Below, one piece after another: positions 44,628 through 53,801 of a DNA stretch of 64,000 nt. Source of the stretch: an uncultured Gemmatimonadales bacterium. Its GTDB lineage: Bacteria; Gemmatimonadota; Gemmatimonadetes; Longimicrobiales; RSA9. The stretch's first letter is position 1, and every line of letters begins with the position of its first letter. Under the pieces are notes generated by a model. It was not told where the DNA came from. It made no database searches and worked only from the letters and a program-made list of their open reading frames with translations. The stretch is taken from contig CAWAMW010000017.1 in assembly GCA_963783305.1 (NCBI GenBank), positions 32,001 to 96,000 of the forward strand, written 5' to 3'. Position numbers and translations under genes: made by a program.

Positions 44628-47122
44628 GCGGCGGGTTCGGAGTCCTGGACGGAGCGCGGGAGAGGGTACGACGGGCGCTCGCGACAGTGTCGCTGGAGCT
44701 GGAGTCGGCGGGAATGCCGTCGCCGGAGTGGAGTGGCCAGCTGATCCGGCCGCTCATGGGCCTGGCCGCGGCGACGGAGGGGGACCCGGGCCCGCGCTTC
44801 TGGCGAGCGATGGCGGCGGTGCAGCTGGCGCACGAGGCGTCGCTGCTGCACGACGACGTGATCGACGGGGCGGAGGAGCGGCGGGGCCGGCCCACGGTGG
44901 CGGCGAGTCGTGGGGTGGCCCTGGCGCTGGTGGAAGGGGACCACCTCCTCACATCCTCGTACCGTATGGCGGCCGCGACGGAGAGTCCCGACTGGATCGA
45001 GTTGTTCGCGCGGGCGGTCGAGCGGACGGTGGCGGGAGAAAAAGCGCAGGCGCGGTCGGCTGGTCTGGAGCTACGGTGGGAGGAGTACGAGGCGCTGGTG
45101 CTTGGGAAGTCCGGAGAGCTGGTGGGCGCCGCGTTCGCGGCGGCCCCCACGCTCCGTGGTGACTTCGGTTCGTGGCGCTACGAGAAGGCGGGCCGGCGAA
45201 TAGGGCTCGTCTACCAGATGCTGGACGACCTGCTGGACTACTGCCCCCACATGGACACCGGGAAGCCGCCGCTGGCCGACTACCGCCGCGGTCTCTGGAC
45301 CTGGCCGCGGCTGTATGTCGATCTCTCGCCCGGGCTCTCGGACGACCAGGTCGTAGGCAGCCTCAGCGCGCCGGACGGCGAGGGCAGAACCCCCCTGACG
45401 CGGTGCCTCGAACGGTTCCGCGCGGAGGTGGAGTCCACGCGTGCGCTGGTGGCCGCGCTCCTCCCCGGCGATCCGCTGGTGGACGAACTCCTGTCCGACT
45501 GGCTCGAGGTAGCCCGGTCCGCCGCGCGCCCTGCGAAGGCGCCCGTGGAGCTGCCGCACGTGGCCGGCTGGGAGTCACTGATGGAGGAGCACGCGAAGTC
45601 GTTTCGCTTCGCCTCGCAGCTCTTCCCCGCCGACCGTCGCGAACAGGTTACGGGGGTGTACGCCTGGTGCCGGTACACCGACGACCTGGTGGATGGCGTG
45701 GATCTCCCCGCCGCCGAGCTCGACGCCCGGCTGGACGCCTGGCTGGACCTCTCTCGACGGGCGTATGCCGGGGAGCGTACCGGCAACGCTCTGGCCGATC
45801 GGGTGATGACCGAGATGCGCGAGTCGGATGTGCCCATCGGCTACGCCGAGGAGCTGATCGAGGGAATGCGCATGGACGTACGGGGAGTGGAGTACGGCAC
45901 GGTCGCCGAGCTCCGGCTGTACACGTACCGGGTGGCGTCGGTCGTAGGGCTGTGGATGACCGAGCTGTTCGGGATCCGGGACCCCTGGCTCCTGGACCGG
46001 GCCGCCGCCCTGGGGCACGCCATGCAGCTCACGAACATCCTGCGGGACGTGGGCGAGGACCTGGGCGAGGGGCGGCTCTACCTCCCGACGGCGTGGCTCC
46101 GGGCCACCGGCCTTTCCCGTTCCGACCTGGAGGGCATGGCGGAGACCGGCCGGATCGAGCCCGCCTACGCCGCGCTCGTCGAACGACTGCTCCGCGTGGC
46201 CGAGTCCGAATACGACCACGCCTTCCCGGCCATCGCCCGGCTGCCGGGGTGGTACCGCCGTCCCGTGGCCGTGGCGGCCGATGTCTATCGCGGGATCCAC
46301 GAGGGGATCCGGGCCAACGGCTATGACAACCTCACGCAGCGGGCCCACACCGGGCTCGCGGCCAAGATCCGACTCGGTGCCGGTGCGCTGCTCCGCACCC
46401 ATCTCTCCCGCGACGGCCGCGCTGGCCAGGGCCGCACCGCGCCCGCCAGCGGGAAGGGCCGCGCGACGGCCGCGCTGGGCATTGCCATGCTCCTCGCGGT
46501 GATCCCGCTCGCCGGGGCACCGACGCCCGCCGCGGCGCAGGGGCAGCCGCTGGGGCAGGCGCAGGAGAGCGGGGGTGAGGAGCGGGCGAGTACGCGCTGG
46601 GCGCTCGAGGTGGCCGAGGTGCCCGACGCCGCCTGGAACCGGGCGCTGCGCAGCGTCGGCACTCTCTGGGTGGAGGCCGTGGAGCGGAAAGCGGCCGTGG
46701 CGACGGGACTGCAGGCAGTGGCATCCGTGCGGGCCCGTTTCGACCCGGTCCCGCCGGATCGGGACCGGGTGCTCCGGGCCTACCGCGGCTCGTTCCTGGC
46801 GCTCCGCGCGAAGCACGGAGGCGGTCCGCGGCAGCGGCTGCGGGACCTGCGCAGCGGCTTCGAGCTCATGGACGCCGCCGTAGCCGAGTCGCCACAGTCG
46901 GCCGAGCTCCGCTACATCCGCCTCATGAGCGGCTTCTACCTGCCAGCGATCTTCGGGCGGCGCGAGGAGGTGGGCGAAGACATGGCGACCCTGATCCGGG
47001 TCCTGCCCCGCTCCCGCTCGGCGTTCCCGCGCGCTCTCTACCCGGAGGTAGTGCACTTCGTCCTCGACCACGGCGACCCGCCAGACGCCGACCGGCGTCG
47101 CCTGGAAGCGCTGCTGCCATGA
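44624..47122 (+). CDS. Fusion: polyprenyl/GGPP synthase (CrtE-like) + phytoene synthase (CrtB) + TM/signal segment + helical domain
   Basis: ASLLHDDVID..RRGRPT and YQMLDDLLD; HAKSF, CRYTDDLVD, YRVASVVG, QLTNILRDVGED..GRLYLP; then a hydrophobic segment and a domain of about 190 aa. GTG start overlaps the cruF stop. Confidence 0.88.
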   Translation: MSGGFGVLDGARERVRRALATVSLELESAGMPSPEWSGQLIRPLMGLAAATEGDPGPRFWRAMAAVQLAHEASLLHDDVIDGAEERRGRPTVAASRGVALALVEGDHLLTSSYRMAAATESPDWIELFARAVERTVAGEKAQARSAGLELRWEEYEALVLGKSGELVGAAFAAAPTLRGDFGSWRYEKAGRRIGLVYQMLDDLLDYCPHMDTGKPPLADYRRGLWTWPRLYVDLSPGLSDDQVVGSLSAPDGEGRTPLTRCLERFRAEVESTRALVAALLPGDPLVDELLSDWLEVARSAARPAKAPVELPHVAGWESLMEEHAKSFRFASQLFPADRREQVTGVYAWCRYTDDLVDGVDLPAAELDARLDAWLDLSRRAYAGERTGNALADRVMTEMRESDVPIGYAEELIEGMRMDVRGVEYGTVAELRLYTYRVASVVGLWMTELFGIRDPWLLDRAAALGHAMQLTNILRDVGEDLGEGRLYLPTAWLRATGLSRSDLEGMAETGRIEPAYAALVERLLRVAESEYDHAFPAIARLPGWYRRPVAVAADVYRGIHEGIRANGYDNLTQRAHTGLAAKIRLGAGALLRTHLSRDGRAGQGRTAPASGKGRATAALGIAMLLAVIPLAGAPTPAAAQGQPLGQAQESGGEERASTRWALEVAEVPDAAWNRALRSVGTLWVEAVERKAAVATGLQAVASVRARFDPVPPDRDRVLRAYRGSFLALRAKHGGGPRQRLRDLRSGFELMDAAVAESPQSAELRYIRLMSGFYLPAIFGRREEVGEDMATLIRVLPRSRSAFPRALYPEVVHFVLDHGDPPDADRRRLEALLP

Positions 47123-47838
47123 GGACCCGCTACTCCCGCCGCGCGTGGGCCGCATTCGAGACGCTCTTCGGCCCCTGGATGCGGCACCGCCTCGATGGCG
47201 TGCATATCCGGGGGCTCGAGCATGTCGCTCGGCTCCCCGACCTGCCCATCCTGCTCGTGGCCAACCACGTGAGCTGGTGGGACGGGTTCCTGCTCCGCGA
47301 GGTGCACCGGCGAACTCGGCCCGACGCGCCGCTCCACGTGGTCATGCTCGAGGAAGAGCTCCGCAGCGTGCCCATCTTCCGCTGGATGGGCGCCGTGCCC
47401 CTCGGCCCCTCGCGCCTCGCCCCTCGCGCCCTCCTCCGCGACCTGCGGACGCGGCTGGAGCGCAGCCCCGATGCCCTGATCGGCTACTTCCCTCAAGGTC
47501 GGATCTGGCCATCCCATCGAGCGACCCTGGGGTTCCGCCGCGGGGCCGCATGGCTTGCGGGCCAGCTCGCGCCCGTGGTGGTGCTGCCGGTCGGGCTGCA
47601 CCTGGAGCACCTCACCCGTCCCGGTCCGGCGGCGTTCGTGTCCGTGGGGCCGCCACGGGTGGTGCGCTATTCCCTGGACACGGCCGACCTGGAGGCCGCC
47701 GTGGGCGCCGAAGTTTCGGCGATCCTGGCCTGCACCCACCGGTACGGCGAGGGCGCCGCCCTGCACTGGGCGCGGCCCCGCCCGACGCTCGTGCGCACGG
47801 CCGTCACGCCGGACCCGCGGCGGGTCGGGTCCACGTGA
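47119..47838 (+). CDS. PlsC-type acyltransferase (carotenoid glycoside acylation candidate)
   Basis: NHVSWWD (HxxxxD) and YFPQG motifs. Confidence 0.85.
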   Translation: MRTRYSRRAWAAFETLFGPWMRHRLDGVHIRGLEHVARLPDLPILLVANHVSWWDGFLLREVHRRTRPDAPLHVVMLEEELRSVPIFRWMGAVPLGPSRLAPRALLRDLRTRLERSPDALIGYFPQGRIWPSHRATLGFRRGAAWLAGQLAPVVVLPVGLHLEHLTRPGPAAFVSVGPPRVVRYSLDTADLEAAVGAEVSAILACTHRYGEGAALHWARPRPTLVRTAVTPDPRRVGST

Positions 47839-48956
47839 GCGCGCTCCTCGTGGTCCTCGTTCTGGGGCTGGCCGTCCTGTTGGCCGTAGTGGCGGTGAAT
47901 ATGGCATGGGCGCCGCGACTCCACGGCCGGCCGGCGGCCACCGCCGGGCCTCTGGTCAGCGTGTTGGTGCCCGCGCGCGACGAGGCCGCGAACCTCCGCC
48001 GGCTCCTCCCTGCGCTCGCCCGAACGCGCTACCCCGAGTTGGAGGTTCTGGTGCTGGACGACGGATCACGCGATGAAACGGCCGCCGTCGTGCGCGGCAT
48101 GGCCTCCAGTGACCCGCGGGTCCGGCTGATCGAAGGCGTAGAGCCGCCCGTCGGCTGGACGGGGAAGAACTGGGCCTGCCATCAGCTCGCGCGGCACGCC
48201 AACGGTCCGCTCCTGATCTTCTGCGATGCCGACGTGGTCCCGCGCCCGGATGCCGTTGGGCGCACCGCCGCGCATCTGCTCCACGGGGGACTGGACGCTG
48301 TCACGGCCTTCCCGCGTCACCAGCGCGGCAGCTGGATCGAGGACGCGCTGGTGCCCCTGCTGACGCGCGTCCCCGTGGCCGCGCTCCTCCCTCTCCCACT
48401 GGTCCGCCACAGCTCGTGGCAGTCGCTGTCGGCGGGAAACGGGCAGTGGTTCGCCTGGCGGCGCTCCGCCTACACTGCCGTGGGAGGGCACGCCCGGGTC
48501 CGCGACGACATTCTGGAGGACGTCCGCCTCGCCCGGATCGCCAAGGGCGCGGGTCTCCAGCTGGCGACTGTGCTCGCGACGCGCGAGCTGGAGGTGAGAA
48601 TGTACCGGACCGGGAGAGAGGCGTGGGCGGGGTTCGCGAAGAACGCGTACGCCCTCGGCGGCGGTGACGATTCCCGCTTCCTGCCGGGCCTGGCGCTGTT
48701 CGCCGCGATGACCCTCGGTCCATTCGTCGCCGTGGCCCTTGCGCCCCTCGAGCCCCTCGCCTGGCTCGCTCTGGCGATGCTCCTGCTGCTCCGGACGGGT
48801 GTGGCCATCCTGTTCGAGGACGGTCTCAGGACCGTTTTCCTCCACCCGGTGGGTGCCACCGCCGTGGTCGCGCTGGCCCTGACGTCCAGACACCGGCACC
48901 GGAATGGTACCCTCCAGTGGAAACACCGGGTCGTGAGAACGGAGGAAGCCCGATGA
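47835..48956 (+). CDS. GT2 glycosyltransferase (CruC/CrtQ-like)
   Basis: VLVPARDE, DDGSRD, GWTGKNWAC, FCDAD, LEDV; N- and C-terminal TM helices. Confidence 0.88.
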   Translation: MSALLVVLVLGLAVLLAVVAVNMAWAPRLHGRPAATAGPLVSVLVPARDEAANLRRLLPALARTRYPELEVLVLDDGSRDETAAVVRGMASSDPRVRLIEGVEPPVGWTGKNWACHQLARHANGPLLIFCDADVVPRPDAVGRTAAHLLHGGLDAVTAFPRHQRGSWIEDALVPLLTRVPVAALLPLPLVRHSSWQSLSAGNGQWFAWRRSAYTAVGGHARVRDDILEDVRLARIAKGAGLQLATVLATRELEVRMYRTGREAWAGFAKNAYALGGGDDSRFLPGLALFAAMTLGPFVAVALAPLEPLAWLALAMLLLLRTGVAILFEDGLRTVFLHPVGATAVVALALTSRHRHRNGTLQWKHRVVRTEEAR

Positions 48957-49498
48957 TCGAGCGCGTCATCCTCGTGAACGCGCGGGACGAGCCCCAGGGT
49001 ACGGCCGAGAAGCTGGCGGCCCACCTTTCCGGTCGACTCCACCGCGCATTCTCCGTGTTCGTGCTGAATGAGCGGCACGAACTCCTGCTCCAGCGGCGTG
49101 CCGAGGGGAAGTACCACTCGCCGGGGCTGTGGTCGAACACCTGCTGCAGCCATCCGCGTCCGGGCGAAGCCACCGCCGAAGCGGCGGCCCGGCGGCTGAT
49201 GGAGGAAATGGGCTTCGGGTGCGACCTCGAGCACGCGGGCTCCTTCATCTACCGGGCCGAGGTGGGCGGGGGGCTGATCGAGCACGAGCTCGATCACCTG
49301 TTGCTGGGTCGCTGGGACGGGACCCCGGACCCTGATCCCGCGGAGGCGAGCGAGTGGCGGTGGATCGAGCTGCCGGCGCTCCGACAGGAGATCGCGTCGG
49401 CGCCCGCGGAGTTCACCTACTGGCTGAGAGCCGCGCTCCGCGAGCTCGACGACCGTCAGCGGCTGCCCGGCGCGACTCCGGAGGAGCAGGTCGCCTGA
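48953..49498 (+). CDS. idi: Isopentenyl-diphosphate delta-isomerase type 1
   Basis: LHRAFSVF, LLQRRA..KY, WSNTCCSHP, EHELDH. Confidence 0.95.
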   Translation: MIERVILVNARDEPQGTAEKLAAHLSGRLHRAFSVFVLNERHELLLQRRAEGKYHSPGLWSNTCCSHPRPGEATAEAAARRLMEEMGFGCDLEHAGSFIYRAEVGGGLIEHELDHLLLGRWDGTPDPDPAEASEWRWIELPALRQEIASAPAEFTYWLRAALRELDDRQRLPGATPEEQVA

Positions 49499-49560
49499 CG
49501 CTGCTGTCCACGATAGGTTGCCGTTCATCGCCACGGCGCAACCTCGATCTGACGGATACA

Positions 49561-50322
49561 ATGCGGTATTTTCGGGCTCTCGCTCTTCTCCTCTTCATCC
49601 TCGGTAGCCGTCCGCTCAGCGCGCAGGACCCGGACACACCGGAGGACCCGGAGCGGTGGGGCGCGGAGATGGGCTTCGTCCTCAACACTTCCGGCGGCAA
49701 CGAGCAGCTCACCGTCCTCACCTCCAACATCGGCCTTTCGCACCTCGAGACGTCGTCGTATGAGGCCACGTTCGACGCCCGTTTCCGGTACGGTCGGAGC
49801 GAGGGCGAGGAAGTGGCGCGCAACACCCGCGCGGATGCCAGCATCGACCTGGCGCCGAACGGCGTTTGGTCCCCGTTTCTCTTCGCCAGCGCGGAGAACG
49901 ACCCGCACAAGAAGCTGACGGTCCGGCTGAACGGTGGGAGCGGCGTGAAGCGCACGTTCTGGCAGGCCGGCTGGAGCGAGGTGTCGGTGAGCGGCGCGGT
50001 GCTGTACAGCTACGAGGAGCTGGACATCGAGGAGCTGGACGGCGACGGTGTCACCCAGACGGCGCGCTGGAGCTGGCGGGGTCGAGCCCGCCGGGAGTTC
50101 GGCACCGGGCGCCGTCTGGAGCAGGTGCTGTTCTTTCAGCCGGAATGGGACGACTTCGGGGACTATCTGCTGGATTCGCACACCACCGGTCGGTGGTCAT
50201 TGACCGAGAGTCTCGCTTTTGTTACGACCATCCTCTATGAGCGCGACAGCACCCCGGCTCCGGATGTGGGCCCGGACAACTGGTCACTGGCGGTGGGGCT
50301 CACTGCGGCCACCCGCTGGTAG
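49561..50322 (+). CDS. DUF481 outer-membrane beta-barrel protein
   Basis: Signal peptide, GFVLNTSGGNE, amphipathic strands, terminal Trp. Confidence 0.75.
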   Translation: MRYFRALALLLFILGSRPLSAQDPDTPEDPERWGAEMGFVLNTSGGNEQLTVLTSNIGLSHLETSSYEATFDARFRYGRSEGEEVARNTRADASIDLAPNGVWSPFLFASAENDPHKKLTVRLNGGSGVKRTFWQAGWSEVSVSGAVLYSYEELDIEELDGDGVTQTARWSWRGRARREFGTGRRLEQVLFFQPEWDDFGDYLLDSHTTGRWSLTESLAFVTTILYERDSTPAPDVGPDNWSLAVGLTAATRW

Positions 50323-50339
50323 CGCTGAAAGCGGAGAAC

Positions 50340-50717
50340 ATGCTGAGGCTGAAGACGAAGGGTCGCATGCCGTCCCTTCTCGCCTGGGGGCTCCTGGTGG
50401 GAGGCGTGGCACTCCTCATGACATTCCCCGACGGCGCGCCGGCGCAGGCGTTCGGGCTCCGGCAGGTTCCGGCTGCCATCCTCTTCGCGCTGGCCGGCTT
50501 CGTCTTCGGACTCTCGCACCCGGAGGCTCGCGCCTGGACGGCGGCCATTCTTCTGGGGTGGGTCCCGCTCCTTGCCGGAGCGGTGGTCGCCATGGAAGGC
50601 GGCGCCCACCCGGCCCTGCTCTGGCTGGGGCTCATGCTGATCCCCGCGGCTCTCGCGGGAGTCGGCGCGTGGGCGGGCGCGCTCACCGCCCGGCGGCGAT
50701 CTCGCGCGGGCCTCTAG
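50340..50717 (+). CDS. Small multi-TM hypothetical protein
   Basis: About four hydrophobic helices; GGAG SD. Confidence 0.65.
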   Translation: MLRLKTKGRMPSLLAWGLLVGGVALLMTFPDGAPAQAFGLRQVPAAILFALAGFVFGLSHPEARAWTAAILLGWVPLLAGAVVAMEGGAHPALLWLGLMLIPAALAGVGAWAGALTARRRSRAGL

Positions 50718-50877
50718 ACTGGCAGGCTGAAGAAGTCAGGGGAAGCGGTCGAGGGTCGGAGATCGACCCGCGAGGCCGGAGGGCGAAGCGGTCGACCAGC
50801 GAGCGAAGCGACGCGATCGACCGGGAGCGCAAGCGACCGTTCGCGCTCCCCGCCCACCCATTTCAGCGACCGGCTAG
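50714..50877. mobile_element. Possible MITE-like insertion flanked by duplicated CTAG
   Basis: CTAG at both ends, imperfect terminal IR (GCTGAA/TTCAGC), internal GAAGCGGTCGA repeats. Confidence 0.4.
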
Positions 50878-51308
50878 TCCACCTCTACGGCGTACGCCAG
50901 CCGCCAGTCGCCGAGCTGCTCCGGGTCGGCAGCCTCAGCGGAGCCCTCGTCCCATGGCGTGTACGACCCCGCCCACCCGGAGATGGGACCGGACAGCTCA
51001 CGGCGGTAGTGGGTCAGCTCGTCATCCTTCGACAGGCGGTCCAGCTCGCGGCCCGCGGCCTCGAGGACCAGCGTGTCCCCTTCCTCGACCTGCCCCTCGA
51101 AGATCTTGGTGTTCAGGCTGACCTTGTTCATGGACGGGTGGTCCGAGATCGCCAGGTGCCCCGACTCCGGCACCCGTGTGGCCTGCTCGATGTCCCGACC
51201 GGGCACCGTCGCCTTGAACTCGAAGACGAACTCGCCGTGCTCATCGAGATCCTTGTTGTCGAGGATCTCTACATAGGAAACAGTGACGCGAATGTGTCGT
51301 GCGGCCAT
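50874..51308 (-). CDS. Acidic beta-rich hypothetical protein, 144 aa
   Basis: GGAGG SD before ATG 51308; sequence begins IRVTVSYVEILDNKDLDEHGEFVF. Confidence 0.75.
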   Translation of the reverse strand: MAARHIRVTVSYVEILDNKDLDEHGEFVFEFKATVPGRDIEQATRVPESGHLAISDHPSMNKVSLNTKIFEGQVEEGDTLVLEAAGRELDRLSKDDELTHYRRELSGPISGWAGSYTPWDEGSAEAADPEQLGDWRLAYAVEVD

Positions 51309-51470
51309 GAATGTGCCTCCGGAGGGCGAACGGGTTGGTTTTCCGCCACCACCATGGCGCGCCGCGCCGCCTACGGCAAGGGTGAGAACGGTCCGGGCGA
51401 TGTGGCGCGGAGCGCGTCCGCGAAGTACCGTCAGTGGGTTCCCCCAAACCTCACCAGGAGAAAATTCGGG

Positions 51471-53616
51471 ATGACCGCGATGATTTCGAAATCGTGTCGG
51501 CTGGCGGTGGCCGTGGTGGCCAGTCTCGTGTGGAGCGGCGCGAGCACGACGGTGGGCGCGCAGGAGTCGCCGCGCCCGGTGGAGATCATGGATCAGTTCA
51601 GGATCCACTCCGTGTCGAGCCCGGCGGTAAGCCCCGACGGGCGTTGGCTCGCCTACATCGTGGGGGAGACCGACTACGACGAGGACGAGCGGTCCGGCCG
51701 GATCTGGATGCAGCCGTTCACGGGGGGCGAACCCATCCCCATGACCATGGAAGGCCTCTCCGCCGGCTCCCCCGAGTGGAGCCCGGACGGGAAATGGCTG
51801 TCGTTCGCCGCGTCCCGCAACGACGAGGAGCAGCAGGTATGGGCACTGGACCGCCGCGGAGGTGAAGCTCGCCAGCTCACCTCGGTGGAGCAGGGAATCG
51901 ACGACTTCGAATGGTCGCCCGACGGCAGGCGTCTGCTGCTGTCGATCACCGACGAGGAGCTCCCCTGGGAACCCGGCGACACGACGGACGCCGAAGCCGA
52001 CGACGAGGCGGCCGGCGACGATGCGGCCCCCGACGAAGATGGGCCCCGGCCCGCGGTCATCGATCGGCTCCAGTTCAAACGCGACTACCGCGGGTATCTC
52101 GACCGCCGCCGGACGCACCTCTACGTCTGGGAGCTGGAGACGGAGTCGCTCACGCAGATCACGGACGGCGACTACGACGATGCCGGCGCGGCCTGGAGCC
52201 CCGACGGGCGCCAGGTCGTGTTCGTCAGCAACCGCGGCGAGGAGCCGGACGCGGACGACAACTCCGATCTCTGGATCGTGGACGTCCCGGCGGCCGCGGC
52301 GGCGGTCGGCGACGACCGGCCGGTGCCGACACCGCGCCGTCTGACCTCGAACCCCGGGCCCGACGGCTCCCCCGCGTGGAGCCCGGACGGGCGGCTCATC
52401 GCGTACACCCGCTCGCTGGAGCCAAAGCTGATCTGGTACGATGTGAACGAGATCGCCGTCGTGTCGCCGGACGGGGGGAGAGCCTCGATCGCTCACGGGA
52501 TCGCTGGACCGGAACGCGTACGGTCTGCAGTTCGGAGCCGACGGCCGCATCTGGTTCCTGCTGGAGGACAGCGGTGAGCAGCAGCTGGCCCGAATCCGCA
52601 CGAATGGCGGGAACCTGGAGCGCGTGGTCACGGGCGAGCGCGTCGTGCGGGACTTCCACGCCGGGGCGAATGGGCCCGTTGCGCTGCTGATCAGCGAGCC
52701 GCGCCTGCCGGGTGACCTGTTCGCGCTCGAGCACGATGAGCTCCGTCGCATGACCACCGTGAACGACTCCCTGCTCTCCGTGCTCCGGCTGGGCGAGGTG
52801 CGGAACATCCACGCCCGGAGCGCGGATGGCACGGAGGTGGAGGGCTGGATCACCCTCCCGCCCGACTACATCGAAGGGGAGCGCTACCCGACGCTCCTGC
52901 GCATCCACGGAGGGCCCGTGGCGCAGTATGACTGGGCCTTCGATTTCGAGTCCCAGCTCTTCGCCGCGAACGGGTACGCGGTGGTGCGCGCCAACCCGAG
53001 GGGCTCGTCCGGCTACGGCCAGGACTTCAGCGCGGCTCTGTTCGCGGACTGGGGCAACAAGGACTTCGAGGACGTCATGGCCGCGCTGGACCTGGCCATC
53101 GCCGAGGGCTACGCGGACCCGGACCGGCTCGGCGTGGGTGGGTGGAGCTATGGCGGGATCCTGACCAACTACGTGATTACGAAGACCGACCGCTTCGAGG
53201 GTGCCATCTCCGGCGCCAGCGAGGTGTTCTACCGCGCCAACTACGGCCACGACCACTACCAGCGGCACTGGGTGGCGGAGCTCGGCCTGCCCTGGGGCGA
53301 GACGGCCGAGAACTGGGACCGTATTTCCCCGTTCACGTACGTCGAGAACATCGTCACGCCCACCCTCGTGATCGGTGGCGCCGCGGACTGGAACGTCCCC
53401 ATCCTCAACTCCGAGCAGCTCTATCAGGCGCTCAAGAAGCTCGGCCGCGAGACCGTCCTGGTGGTGTACCCGGGCGAGCACCATGGCATCGGCCGCCTCT
53501 CCTTCCAGAAGGACCGGTGGCAGCGCTACCTCGACTGGTACGACAAGTACGTGAAGGGGACGCTCGGTGAGCCGCGAGCCGACTGGAACGGGGCGCTGGA
53601 GCGGCTGGGCCAGTGA
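51471..53616 (+). pseudogene. S9 family peptidase (PD40 propeller + alpha/beta hydrolase) split by a 1-nt frameshift
   Basis: WSPDG repeats; IHGGP, NPRGS, GWSYGG, D and H catalytic motifs. Deleting one G from G6 (52473-52478) joins both halves. Confidence 0.85.
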
Positions 53617-53716
53617 CCGGCGCTGTCCATACACCGGCCGTTGACGCGTTCCATCAGCACCCCAAAACTCGAATCACTCACCCGAACAGAGGAGACACCA
53701 TGGACCCGACCCTTGT

Positions 53717-53746
53717 TTGACACGATTCTCGCCGCAGCCATAGGTT
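53717..53746 (+). promoter_or_regulatory. Sigma70-like promoter TTGACA-N18-TAGGTT
   Basis: Perfect -35 about 80 bp upstream of the susC ATG. Confidence 0.45.
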
Positions 53747-53801
53747 GCGTGCGGATCCTTTCATCCCCCAAAAACCAATCCCAATCCAGGGAGGCAATCG
53801 C

